NCBI RefSeq assembly: GCF_009914755.1
Contig: NC_060938.1
Strand: one strand, 5' to 3'
DNA length: 64,000 bases
DNA from: the human T2T-CHM13v2.0 reference genome, Homo sapiens
The notes under the pieces are model-generated. The model had not been told where the DNA came from. It saw only the letters and a program-made list of their open reading frames with translations, and made no database searches. Positions 15,739-30,244 of this stretch are shown here, piece by piece; the stretch's first letter is position 1; each line of letters begins with the position of its first letter. The translations under genes and the position numbers were made by a program.

Positions 15739-15887
15739 CGTGAGGGATAAAAGACTACAAATAGGGTGCAGTTTATACTGCTTGGGTGATGAGTGCACCA
15801 AAATCTCACACATCACCACTAAAGAACTTATTCATGTAACCAAATACCACCTGTTCCCCGATAACCTATGGAAATAAAATAAATAAA
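15739..15887 (+). mobile_element. 5'-truncated L1PB-like 3' end
   Basis: gtgagggataaaagactaca...caccactaaagaacttattcatgtaaccaaa; flanked by AATAAAAAATAGTTA (15721-15735 and ~15888-15902). Confidence 0.85.
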
Positions 15888-16809
15888 AATAAAAAATAGT
15901 TATTACCCCACAAGTGATAATCACTCAACTGTCTCACTGGTTAAGATGGTATTTACTCACTAGTTGAGATGGTTGGCCGGACTGATATGGTGGGACAGGA
16001 TGGGAGAGAGCTTCCTCTGAAGCATTAAGTGTTTTTGAGTATGGCGTTTTCTTTTCTAAACCAGGAACTGGCTAGAGATTTAAGAAAAGGCAGCTATACT
16101 TTATTCTCTGAGATGTATTCAGTAAACAATATATTCATCTAATATATATATATATATATTCAATATATTCATGTAACATCACTGATTGAGCATCAGTTAT
16201 TCTCGAGCAAGACAGTACCCTGGTCTTAAGGTGCAATAACCACCAGAATGGGGACCAAATATATTTGCAAGACTATCATGTTCCCTGCTTGTCCAAAGGC
16301 AGGTGGCTGACACTTCAGTTTGGAGTCTAATTTTTACCTGGACTCTCAAATTTCTTTTTTTTAAATCTATCATATAAATACTTTTCTATAACCTCATATA
16401 AGCACTGCGGTGCAGTAACCATGATAAATGTAACAGAAAATCATGTTGCAAATTTCAGCTACATATTAATTTAAATAGGTTTTATGAGATAGTTTTGGAA
16501 TTTAACCATCGTTTTATAATACTATTTCTGTAAAAGAATAAGTTCTGAGTAATGAACAATGAAAAGATTAAAGAAAATACAACCTGCTTTTGAATTGGGA
16601 ATCTCACTATTACTCTTTTAAAAATTGCATAAAGTATAACTTTTGTTTGGCTGACTGATTTCTAGTTCAGTTATGAAGCACAAAAGTTATACAATTCCAT
16701 TTAGGTGATTTTTGTTGAGATTGATTTCTTATTTTGTGCAGTATAATTTAGTGTTAGCAATAACTCTCATCTTGAAACTTTCCTCCTCAATATACTTCAT
16801 TATTAAAAA

Positions 16810-17040
16810 TAATAACGTAATAAGAGTGAACATTCATTGAGCACTCATCCATGTACTAGACTTACATATATTACATATCTTACATATATTACCTCCTTTA
16901 AGCCTCTCAACACCCCTATGGCATGGCTTATCATTTCCTTTTTATAGATGAAGGAAATAAAGCTTAGCAACATCAAGCTACTGGCTCATGGTCACATAGC
17001 TAATTAGTGCTACAGCCAGAATTCGAAACTTGGGCTTTTA
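16810..17040 (-). mobile_element. MIR
   Basis: Core ttttatagatgaaggaaataaagcttag...ggtcacatagctaattagtg...agccagaattcgaa. Confidence 0.7.
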
Positions 17041-17117
17041 ATTATTGGAGTTAACTAAAACTATGTAATCAGAGAAAGAAATTATAGGAAGGCATAGAGA
17101 GACATTCTAAAATGTTG

Positions 17118-17600
17118 TCATTCATTCATTCATTCATTCAACATATGTGCATTCTGTGTGCAGATCACTATGCTATGTGCTACGAGTACCCTGGTAAGAC
17201 AACCATTTTCTGTGTGATTTATACTGTCATAGTACTTACAAACTAGTGGGAAAAACAAATTGATCAGATAATCACAATAGTATTTATTTATAAATTGAGA
17301 TCAATGCTTAAAGAGAAAGCAGGGCTTACAATAAAATATTCTGACTTACATGTGGATCTGGAATCTTGAAAAAGTGAAACTTAAGCTGAAATCTGAGTGA
17401 TAAGGAAGAGTCAACTAGTTAAGGGGTATAGGTTGGAAGCTTTCCAGGCAGGGCAAGCAGCATGTGCCAAGGCCTTGAGGAAGGAGGGAACATGGTATTT
17501 TCAGAAAGTGAAAGCAGGATACTGTGGCCGCGTGTGGCCAGTGAGGGGAGAATAGCATAAGAAAGGCCTCTTTGGGCCTGGCCTTGAAAGGGTTTTGGTT
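17118..17600 (-). mobile_element. L2 3' fragment (continues at ~18415-18530 after the L1MA)
   Basis: (CATT)n L2 terminus followed by L2 body. Confidence 0.75.
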
Positions 17601-17714
17601 GTGTTTTAAAAATACTTATCTATGACATCGTTGATTTCTGTCTTCAGTCATATACTTGGAAGATCTTCAAATATTAAAGCAATATATCTTTGCATTGAAG
17701 TGTGTCATTTTTTG

Positions 17715-18412
17715 TTTTTATTATTTTTAATTGACACATGACTGCACATATTTATAGGGTACAGTGTAATATTTTGATACATGCACACAATGCAATGATC
17801 AAATCAGGGAAATTAACATACCTGTCACTTCAAACATTTATTGTGTCTTCATGTTGGGAACATTCAAAATCCACTCTTCTAGCTATTTGAAAATGTAGAA
17901 TAAATTGCTTTTAATTACAGTCATCTGACCCTGCTATAGAAACCAGAACTTATTCCTCCTATCTAGCTGTAATTTTGTATCCATTAACCAGCCTCTAGCT
18001 ATTCCCACCCGCTACCTTTCCCAACCTCTAGTAACTACTATTCTGCTTTTGGCTTCTCTGAGTTCAACTTTTTTAGCTTCCACATATGAGTGAGAACATG
18101 TGGTATTTGTCTTTCTGTGCCTTGCTTATTTCACTTAACATAATGTCCTTCAAGCTCATACATGTTGTCACAAATGACAGGATTTCCTTCTTTTTGAAGG
18201 CAAAATAGTATTCCATTGTGGATATATGCCACATTTTCTTTATCCATTCACCTGCTGATGGACACTGAGGTTGATTCCATATCTTGGCTATCATGAATAG
18301 TGCTGTAATAAACATGGGAGTTCAGATATCTCTTTGACATGCTGATTTCCTTTTCTTTGGATATATACCTATTAGTGGGATTGGTAGTTCAATTTTTAGC
18401 CTTTTTGAGGAA
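17715..18412 (-). mobile_element. L1MA-like 3' fragment
   Basis: The ORF2 C-terminal peptide MFITALFMIAKIWNQPQCPS...WIKKMWHI appears in the minus ORF 18073-18315; L1MA 3' UTR. Confidence 0.9.
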
Positions 18413-20038
18413 AAGTTTGGATTTTTAACTTAACAACAACAGGATGCTTCTAAAGGACTTTAAACAAAGAAGTAACAGATTTGCAATTTGTGTAGGTTAT
18501 TCTGGTGGCAGTGTGGAAAACGAATTGGAGGTGGGGGCATGCCAGTTTAAAGTAATATCTAATGGGCAGAATACAGACTTTGGGGACAGCCTCTATCCAG
18601 GGCCGGTGTCATCTTTTGGTCCAAGCTACTCTTATGTAAGAAAGGGACAATAGTACAGACGGCAGAAGAAAATTTTAAGGATTAAATGAAAAAGTAATTG
18701 TAGTAATCAACCATCATCATTTATAGATGAGGACTCTGAGGCTTAGAAAAGTTAAATAAGGCTTTTTGTCTGTTTATCTAGATGTTATGGAATGAGAGTG
18801 AGTGGAGTAGGAGATAAAGGCAGGGTGAAGGTCTGAAGGGAGAGAACATTCCAAAAACAAAAACAAACAAATGAGCAGTAAAACCAGATATAAGATCCTG
18901 GAGAAGCCAGATCTGGGAAAACCTGGTTGAAAGGATCACAGGGTCCAGCAGCCACATGGAATCCAGCTTCAATTGGCTCACCACAGTTCTTCCTCCAGAA
19001 AAAAAGGAGATCTGGGGATGTAACAACCCTTCACTTTTCAGTTTTCTTTTTTCATTTCCTAAGGGGGCTAGGTTAGATCAGTCTGTTATTTAGCCAGTAG
19101 GCAAAATAGGATAGTTCCCAGGGCTCTTCTACCCCAAACAAATCATCAGTGAAAATCTTCCCATTTGTTGTATGAAATCAGAAACTGCATTAGTAATGGG
19201 ACAAAAGCCTTAATTACAGAATTAAAGATTTAACAAATTAAAAATAGTTAATCGTAATGCTGTTTTTTTAGTGTGAGGGAGTTTTAAATCAAATCAGCCT
19301 ATCCAGAATTATGAATAGTAAGAAAGATGGGCACTTAACAGCTCGCAAACACCAGTGGGAGCAGGACTTGGGGAGAAAAACATGCAGAGGGAGGAGCTGA
19401 TGCTATCTCTAATGATAAAGTTTGGACATTCATTAATTTTCTCCTTCAAAAGGGTGGGGCCAAACAGAAACTGGTCTTGAACTATTATGTATTTGCAAAT
19501 TCAGTAGTTTACCTTCCTTTGATTCATCAATATATGTTTAACACAACTGGCTTATTATAATTAATTATTCTACTTAAAAATATTTATTGAGCATCTACCA
19601 TGAGTTAGCCACTGTGGTAGGTACTGGAATGATAGCAAAAAGCAAAACAGACATTCGTGGAGATTTTACTTTTACATTATTTTGATCCCAGAAATTGTAT
19701 TACTTAAGGCTTTGTTTATGAAATTCTTATTAAATGAATAATATATTATTTTTAAGTTGAAAATTAAGTCAAGAATGGATTTTTTTGGCTTGCTCTTGAC
19801 ATTTCTGTTAAGGCTGTATACTCCAGATTAGTGAAAAATCTTCAGGTGTTTAAGAACAAGATACTATATAAAGCAATGTGGTAATTGATTAATATCCCTT
19901 TGTGTATGTCAAACCACAAGCAATAGGGACCAATACATTTGACCTTTATAGTGCCCTGTACTGCAATTTCATTTACATAGCAGCTGATGTTGTAATTGAT
20001 GTTGCATTTACTGAAACCATTGCCATTGTCTGTTTCAG

Positions 20039-21808
20039 GGCCGGCTTGATTCTCTAACAGAAGTGGATGACTCAGGACAATTAACCATCAAATGTTCTCA
20101 AAATTACTTGTCTCTGGATTGTGGCATTACTGCATTCGAACTGTCTGACTACAGTCCAAGTGAGGATTTGCTCAGTGGGCTAGGTGACATGACCTCTAGC
20201 CAAGTCAAAACCAAACCCTTTGACTCTTGGAGCTACAGTGAGATGGAAAAGGAGTTTCCTGAGCTTATCCGAAGTGTTGGTTTACTTACGGTAGCTGCTG
20301 ACTCTATCTCTACCAATGGCAGTGAAGCAGTTACTGAGGAGGTATCTCAAGTATCTCTCTCAGTAGACGACAAAGGTGGATGTGAGGAAGACAATGCTTC
20401 TGCAGTCGAAGAGCAACCAGGCTTAACACTGGGGGTGTCATCATCTTCAGGAGAAGCTCTGACAAATGCTGCTCAACCCTCCTCTGAGACTGTGCAGCAA
20501 GAATCCAGTTCCTCCTCCCATCATGATGCAAAGAATCAGCAGCCTGTTCCTTGTGAAAATGCAACCCCCAAACGAACCATCAGAGATTGCTTTAATTATA
20601 ACGAGGACTCTCCCACGCAGCCTACATTGCCAAAAAGAGGACTTTTTCTTAAAGAGGAAACTTTTAAGAATGATCTGAAAGGCAATGGTGGAAAGAGGCA
20701 AATGGTTGATCTAAAGCCTGAGATGAGCAGAAGCACCCCTTCGCTAGTAGATCCTCCTGACAGATCCAAACTTTGCCTGGTATTGCAGTCTTCTTACCCC
20801 AACAGCCCTTCTGCTGCCAGCCAGTCTTATGAGTGTTTACACAAGGTGGGGAATGGGAACCTTGAAAACACAGTCAAATTTCACATTAAAGAAATTTCTT
20901 CCAGCCTGGGAAGGCTTAACGACTGCTATAAAGAGAAATCTCGACTTAAAAAGCCACACAAGACCTCAGAAGAGGTGCCTCCATGCCGAACACCTAAACG
21001 GGGGACTGGTTCAGGCAAACAAGCTAAAAATACAAAGAGCTCAGCAGTGCCAAATGGAGAGCTTTCTTATACTTCCAAGGCCATAGAGGGGCCACAAACA
21101 AATTCTGCTTCCACATCCTCACTTGAGCCTTGTAATCAGAGAAGTTGGAATGCCAAATTGCAATTGCAGTCAGAAACATCCAGTTCACCAGCTTTTACTC
21201 AGAGCAGTGAATCCTCTGTTGGCTCAGACAACATCATGTCTCCGGTGCCACTTCTTTCAAAACACAAAAGCAAAAAAGGTCAAGCCTCCTCTCCAAGTCA
21301 CGTCACTAGGAATGGTGAGGTTGTGGAGGCCTGGTATGGCTCTGATGAATACCTAGCACTGCCCTCTCACCTTAAGCAGACAGAAGTATTGGCTTTGAAG
21401 TTGGAAAACCTAACAAAGCTTCTGCCTCAGAAACCCAGAGGAGAAACCATCCAGAATATTGATGACTGGGAACTGTCTGAAATGAATTCAGATTCTGAAA
21501 TCTATCCAACCTATCATGTCAAAAAGAAGCATACAAGGCTAGGCAGGGTGTCTCCAAGCTCATCTAGTGACATAGCCTCTTCACTAGGGGAGAGCATTGA
21601 ATCTGGGCCCCTGAGTGACATTCTTTCTGATGAGGAGTCCAGTATGCCTCTCGCTGGCATGAAAAAGTATGCTGATGAGAAGTCAGAAAGAGCTTCATCC
21701 TCTGAGAAAAATGAGAGCCATTCTGCCACTAAATCAGCTTTAATTCAGAAACTGATGCAAGATATTCAGCACCAAGACAACTATGAAGCCATATGGGAAA
21801 AAATAGAG
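20039..21808 (+). CDS. AKAP6: AKAP6 large coding exon (probably exon 4), 590 codons GRLDSLTEVDDSG...QDNYEAIWEKIE; Ser-rich, largely low-structure region leading into the first spectrin-like repeat
   Basis: Acceptor tgtctgtttcAG (20037-20038); donor GAG|gtaagg at 21809; 1770 nt open frame, matching the 587-aa ORF of the track; peptide recognised as AKAP6. Confidence 0.97.
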
Positions 21809-22340
21809 GTAAGGTGGTTTTCTTAACATGAATGATTTCTCACTTGAGTTTTGGAAGTATTGCTGGGAGAAGGTCACACTCCTACACTCTATTATAAAAT
21901 GTATGGCTATTTTTGATAAATCTGATTCTCCAAAGAAAGAAAAGAAAAAGCACAATGATCAATGCATGTGACAAAGAGTATGAATCACTAGGAATTGCCC
22001 TTGTCAGTGCATTAGCTTGATGTGCTCCTGCCTGGTATAGAATTCTTTGTTGAAATTGTTCAAATCTATCATGACTACTGATGAATGCTGGAACCCCTTG
22101 GATCTAATACAAAATTAAATAGAATGATAGCTGTGCACACACAAGTAGCTCAGGAATATATGCATAGACTATTCCAGTTACCCCAGAGTGTTTTTATTCA
22201 TTTCTTCTGACTCCAGAATACATTCCACATCTCCAATGTTAACTTCTTGTAGAAATAGACCAGACATTTCTAATTTATTAGGGATCTTTTTTTTCTTTAC
22301 TCTTCCTCCTCTTTGAGAACTCTGGCTAATAACCATATTA

Positions 22341-22670
<330 letters not shown>

Positions 22671-22801
22671 TCAGGACTGAGCTCCATAGTATAAGTAATT
22701 ATTTGATCTTTTAAGAGGCATCTGGGCAAAGAGATTCACTATGATTACTGTGGTAATGGCCGTTTCCTCAGGAGGCCATTGGAAGTAGATCCAGCTGACT
22801 T

Positions 22802-23320
<519 letters not shown>

Positions 23321-23339
23321 TGATTTTTCTCAAGCTAAA

Positions 23340-23340
<1 letters not shown>

Positions 23341-23394
<54 letters not shown>

Positions 23395-23493
23395 TAAAGA
23401 GATGGTAGGTAGCTAGATAGAGACAAACAGACAGACACAGATAGACAGACTGACAGACAGACAGGCAGAGACAGAGACAGACAAACCAGACAG
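23341..23493. repeat. (TAGA)13 tetranucleotide STR followed by degenerate GATA/GACA repeats
   Basis: Read directly. Confidence 0.97.
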
Positions 23494-24429
23494 ACCTTTT
23501 GTGTAGGAAGCTGAGACGCAAACTCACGTCTTCTGATTCTTAGTCCAGTTTTCTTCTATAGTATCATGTTGCCTCCCTGAAAGGGGTTGTAGTTTCTCCT
23601 TCGCCGGGAAACTATAAGATAGGAGAGAAGAAAGAGTTCAGGACCCATTCAGACTGGATAGAGAATATTGATGTAACTGCCATGGGCACTCCTCCTAATT
23701 TTTTTTTGTTCTGTTTTTTGTTTTTTTTACATCCATTCGTTGTCGAATACTACTCTGAGACCAGCATTGTGCTAGACACTGGATAAAGGTATAGTGCATA
23801 TGGATAGAATAACCTGGAGGAAGAAAATGCAGGTTTATAAACAAAGAGGAAAAAGTTATCAAATATACAGCAGTAATAACATATTAATCATCATTAACAT
23901 ATATCAAGTATTCGTGTATCTAGTCCTCACAACAACCCTGATATTAACCTTATTTTATGGCTGAGGAGACAGGCTGAGAGAGACCATGCAGTCTGCTCCA
24001 GAGCCCATATTATTAACTAAATGCCCTCATTCCTGTCCATGAGGAAGTGATCAATAAGTACCGAATATAAAAACTGTGGTATTGTAGAGTAGTAATAATA
24101 TCAGTGGAGCTAGAATTTGACTGGGCAGTTCTTGTGAAGTACTAAACCTTAAGTGGAGCTTTGAAGGATGTACAGGATTCAGACAGATAAAGGAAAAGGA
24201 AGGTGGCGTTTCAGGTAGGAGGAGCATAAACTAAAACACAGAGGTAGAAATGAGAATGAGCATGGATATGGGGTACAAAGAGAGCTGTCCTGGTTGGAAG
24301 GTTTGTCATCAGAGATCAGTGAAAGTTTCCATACCTAAAGTAGGTATGGAAAGGCCATGAAGGCCACGCCAAGGCAATTAGAATTTGTTCACCAGGCACC
24401 CACAGCAACTTCTCTGAAAGGGACTGACA

Positions 24430-24640
24430 GTAATAACTAATACTTCTTAAGCTTTTATTTTGTGTTTGGCTCTGTACTAAGTATTTTACGTGGCTTACCC
24501 TACTTAAGTCCCGGAAGGGAGGATTTTTTCAGATGAAGAAACTAAGGCAGTATGTGATTAGGAAACTTGCTCAAGTCCTCACAGCTAGTAAGTACAAAGC
24601 CAGGATTTGAACCCATAACCAGCATTCTTAAAGCAGTGTA
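24430..24640 (-). mobile_element. MIR
   Basis: cagatgaagaaactaaggc...aacttgctcaagtcctcacagctagtaagtacaaagccaggatttgaaccc. Confidence 0.75.
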
Positions 24641-25271
24641 GGCCCTGGTCTCTAGTAGTCTTTCCAGAAGGGTTAATTGGCAATAACAGAAAGATGGTCC
24701 TGGCAGACATGGCGGTGACCAGGGCAGAGGTGTTGGCCTGTGGCAGCCAACCTGAGGAACTGCTGTGATGTGGATCAGGCAAGAGGAAGGGAGGGGAGTG
24801 TTGAAAAAGTGAATGAGTCCAGAAAACTGGTTCTAGACCTTGCTAGAAAGAATTCAGGAGCCATTCAGTGATTAAAGCCTGGTGTGGCCCACAGCTTGGC
24901 ATATTCCATTCTGAGCCTTGTTTCATCTTTTGTAAAGAGATGTTTTAACCCGATGATGACTATGATACCAACTTCCAATTTGATTCCACAGTTCTACAAA
25001 AATGCAGCTAGGTTTTCAGCATCTGGAGACTGGTGTGTCTTTAATAGAAGGAAACATTTGGATGAGTAGCTGGTTTGAAGTAGAGGTGGTGCAGGTAATT
25101 TTTTAAAAACCGTGCATAGATAGCATATGATGAAACTTTTAAGAAGAAATGGTTTATAGGCAGTTGAAAAATCCCATACTGGAGTTGGGATATGAGGGAA
25201 GAGGCTAAAAGAAGATCAAGTTCCTTCCTCAGGCCAGCTGGAAATTGTTAATGGTTTGATTGTTAATGGTG

Positions 25272-25374
25272 GATAATTGTTAATGGTTTCTTGTTTGATG
25301 ACATATAAATGGCCACGCTTGGCTACATATAATTTGTATATGACTTTATGATATGCAGCGCTCTCCCGCATGCT
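25272..25374. repeat. 103-bp dispersed direct repeat, copy 2 (probable templated insertion)
   Basis: Matches 22802-22904; stuttered junctions. Confidence 0.95.
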
Positions 25375-26082
25375 CTCCCTTACTACACCAGATGAGGGCA
25401 GCTGCCAACCTCCAGGTCAACTGGCCTTGGCTATCACACTCTAGCTTTGGTCTCCTCCTTATAGTGACCCAGAGAACCCATTCTGCCTGGAAAATATAAT
25501 GACAGAGGATATTACTTAATATCTTCTTTATAGAAGGCATCTGCTAGGCATTTTACCTATAATAACTCTCCCATAAAATTCTTATAACAACCCTCTAAGG
25601 TAGGTTTTTAATCCTAAATTAACCACTAACCACTTCTCTCCTGTTCCATTCTGGTTCTAGCCCCCATCACCTCCTTCCTGGATTACTGCAGTAGCCTCCT
25701 AACTGGTCTCTCTGCTTCTATTCTTCTCTCACTACAGTCTATTTCCAATAGAGTAGCCAGAGTGATCCTTTTAAAAGATAAATCAGATTATGTCATCCCT
25801 CTGCTCCAAACTCCACAATAGAGGGTTGCCATTGTATTCAGAGGTCCTACATGGACTGTTCCCTGATTTCCTCTCTGACATCCTTTCCAATGACTTTTCC
25901 CCATGCTCACTACACTCCCTTTCCTAGAACATACTTGGCATGCTTCTTGCCTTTAGGATCATTGTCAGCTGCTTTTGTCTACATCCTCTCCAGCAGATGC
26001 CCTCATTTATAATTCCTTCACCTGTTCCAAGTCTCAGCTAAAATATTATCTTCTCAGAGAGGACTACTCTGACCATCTTTTA

Positions 26083-26771
<689 letters not shown>

Positions 26772-27940
26772 TACATTCTGTAATTTTATATAATTTTCTA
26801 ATGTAGTATATTTATTATTTTTGGTCTGTCTCCCTCTGTTAGAATGGGAACTCTGTGAGGGCAGGAATATTTATCTGTTTAGTTTGTTAATGAATCTCAT
26901 GTACCTAGAACAATGCCTGGTGTACAGTAATTGCTCGATAAAGACTACTGAATGACTGAATCCCCATTTTAGAACAGAGGAAACTGAGTTTAGAAAGATG
27001 AACGAACAATTTTTCCTATGCAGCACAGCTAATAAGTTACAGAGCCAGGCTTCAGGCCACCATCTGTTTTATTCCTCCCACAAGATAAAGACTTGGGAAT
27101 AGATGAATTCCCTAAAAGAAGGAGACTAGATGGAGAAAAGCAGAGGGACTGATGTCTGAGATTCAAGTTGTAGCTCAGTTATGAGACAGGAACAAGGAAG
27201 AGATCCAGTTGTGGGGATCAGAAGGGACAGAAAGAATTCTTGGGTATTAAATACATGGAGAGAGAGAAAGAGATACTAAATAAAATGGACATTAGCTTTG
27301 TTCTTTGCAAAAGATAGATCAAGAATAATAAAGACTAAGGGGAAAAAACCCAACAACCTTTAGATTTGTTTGAAATAATTAATGAAGACCTTAGGAAAAA
27401 AACAGACTTAATGAAGGAGTGAAAGTAGATATAGGTGATTAAGAAGTAAAAAACAATCATTCCTAATATTTCCTGGAATTGTATTGAAAACACAATATGA
27501 GGCAAAGGGCAGTAGTTGAAAGTAAAGTCAAAAGTCTTTTTTAAAAAATTGAAGCTTATTTGAAGGCAGAAGTGGCAAGAGAGATTGAAGTAGCTAGAAA
27601 GACTATGTAAATGTGGACACACTGAGAAAGAAGGGAGGGTATGTGGAACTCATAGGGAGAATTATGGCCTGGTATCAAGAATGATAAAATACTGAAAAAT
27701 ATATCCTGCTTCTAATTCCACTTCTGTCAAATGGAAAGTGGAGTCCATTAACTCATCATGGCAGAGTCCTCCACTCTGTCTTCTCTGAGTCACACAGAGC
27801 AGAAGGCAGGAGGCACATAGAAGCCCAGTAACTGCAAGAGAGTGTGGGGCTGTGATAGAATCTCCAGTAGGTTCCTGTCAGTCCCCACCCCTCACATTTG
27901 TATCTTTCTTATAATAGACTAATTTTGTAAAACAAAAGAT

Positions 27941-28277
27941 TCTTTTTTTCTTTTTCTTTTCTTTTTTCTTTTCTTTTTTTTTTTTTGAGATGGAGTCTTG
28001 CTCTGTCACCCAGGCTGGAGTGCAGTGGCACGGTCTCAGCTCACTGCACCTCCGCCTCCTGGGTCTCCTGGGTTCAAGCCATTCTCCTGCCTCAGCCTCC
28101 CCAGTAGCTGGGATTACAGGCACCCACCACCATGCCCAGCTAATTTTTGTATTTTTTTTAGTAGAAACGGGGTTTCATCACGTTGGCCAGACTGGTCTCG
28201 AACTTCTGACCTTGTGATCCACTTGCCTTGGCCTCCCGAAGTGCTGTGATTACAGGCGTGAGCCACCGCGCCTGGCC
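27941..28277 (-). mobile_element. AluS
   Basis: Full Alu with a small internal duplication (ctcctgggt x2). Confidence 0.93.
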
Positions 28278-28906
28278 AAGATTTCTTTATTCTTTGGGAA
28301 AATTGATTTTTGGATAATATATTCACATGGTTTTAAATCATAGACATTTAAAAATACTCAGTAAATCCCCCTCTCATCCTTATCACTCCATCTTGAATTC
28401 TCACTTCACCATATGTGATCACTATTGTTTTTAGTACTTACATATTTTTTAAGAAGGCCTTTACATATATAAGCCAATGAAAACAAAAATTTTAAGGCAA
28501 TATTTTTAAAACTGGGGAATCAGTTGTAACCATTCCCTTTCCACAAATAAAAACTCCTAGTAAACTCTGAGTTCCCAAGGGATGGTCTGTTCCCAATCTT
28601 TTTCTGAGGGTTGAGGGGATTTTGCTTAACTCTGGCTGATTTACCCAGAACCCATTGTGTGAATAAATTACTAGAGCATCTTAGGTCTGAGTGCTCAACA
28701 CCTACGGGAACTTCTCAAGGCCTAAAATTCAAAGCCAGAAGCGAAGTCAAGTAATGGAAACAGACACATTTGTTCCGATACATTCAAGAAATAGAATAAA
28801 AGCAATAAGGAGATAAAAGGGAAGAATATATCTGGAACAGATGAAATCAAACAGAATGGTGAAAAATTAACTTAGCATGATACCTGGACATATGTGGTAT
28901 AAGTAA

Positions 28907-29117
28907 TAGGGATTGGCAAATTATGGCCTGTGAGCCAAATGTGGCCCAATACCTGCTTTTTAAAATATTATTTTATTGGAACTCAGCCATGGTGTTTGTC
29001 TGTGGCTGCTTTTGTATTTCAGTGACAGAGTTGAATAGTTGTGACAGAGACCATGTGGCCTAAAAAGATTAAAGATTTACTCTCTTGCCTTTTACAGAAC
29101 AAATTTGCTGACCCCTG
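28907..29117. mobile_element. MER58A-like hAT-Charlie MITE
   Basis: Termini tagggattggcaaa ... tttgctgacccctg; internal gagttgaatagttgtgacagagacc. Confidence 0.8.
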
Positions 29118-30244
29118 CTCTTGAGTAAGGAAGAAGAGAGGGAGATAATTTCTGATCAGCATCTACTGTGTGCCAGGATCTGAAGTAGATTCTTTCATTT
29201 AATTTATATAACAAGCATATGGAAGAGCTGTTATTGGTCTCATTTTACAGATGAGGACTCCAGGCTTAAATGCAAATGACTTGCTCAGGGTCATAATGCT
29301 GCAAAGTGTGAGAGCTGGTATTCCAGCTGGGATGCCAGAGCTAACTTGGTTTTCTCCATGAGATATAGTCAAATGCCAGGGAATTTAGACAATAATCACA
29401 TATGCAAATAAAATCGATTTATGAAGCCCACAGACCACTACTAGATTAGTAAATGAACAGTGTGACTTCTTCCTCATGACCTGAAGAGAGATGAACTGGT
29501 TGGTAAGTAGCCACTTGTATAAGGTGGGTAATTATTGATGCTGGGTTAACAGCTGTATAATTCCTATGGGAGCTGACAGAAAGCAGCACAGGGTATGCCA
29601 TCTCAGTGAAGCATTTCAGGAGATCTGTCCTTTGGGATATAGCGCATGGTCCGCCTCTCACATTTTGGGCTTCCTGCTGCCATTAAATTCTCAAAACTTG
29701 TCCTGGAAGATACGACTTAGTCAAGTTGGACTCAGTGATACAGAATCGATGGATGCATGACATAGCTGAGCCTGTTTGTCCACAAGAGATGTAAATGTCT
29801 TCATATGCCAAATTAGAGCATCTTGATTATAGTTCAATGACTTAGCTGTTGTATTTTGTCCTAGAGACATCTATAATCTAATTTAACAAACTTCTTCGGT
29901 GCCAGCTAAGGATGTCCTTGCACATAAGTTATCTTGGACTCATGGCAGCAAATATTTAGCTGAGTTCTTCCTCTTTGTAACTAGACTGTAAAATTGCAAT
30001 CAAGTATGCTCCCAGTTTTGTGGTAGCAGCACAAATGTGGCTACCATTGCACTTGCTAGAGATGGAGCTGGGAAGTGGTGGTTAGTACCTGTGTATAATG
30101 AAGGTAGAGAAGTTTTTCCCCCGAGATTAACTTGGCACTCATTTTTACATTTCTTTTCCAAGAGGTAGAATGGGTCCAGAGGAACGCATCCTAGCATTCA
30201 TACTGATGATAGCAGCCATTAAGAAGTATCATGTCCTTCTGAGT

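Noticed and set aside
20331-21729. Overlapping antisense and alternate-frame ORFs within the large exon
   Set aside because: Short (70-85 aa), expected by chance opposite a coding exon, and with no recognisable motifs.
20063-21826. 587-aa ORF as a stand-alone intronless gene
   Set aside because: It starts at a GTG inside the exon and ends in the intron. The real boundaries are the splice sites at 20039 and 21808.
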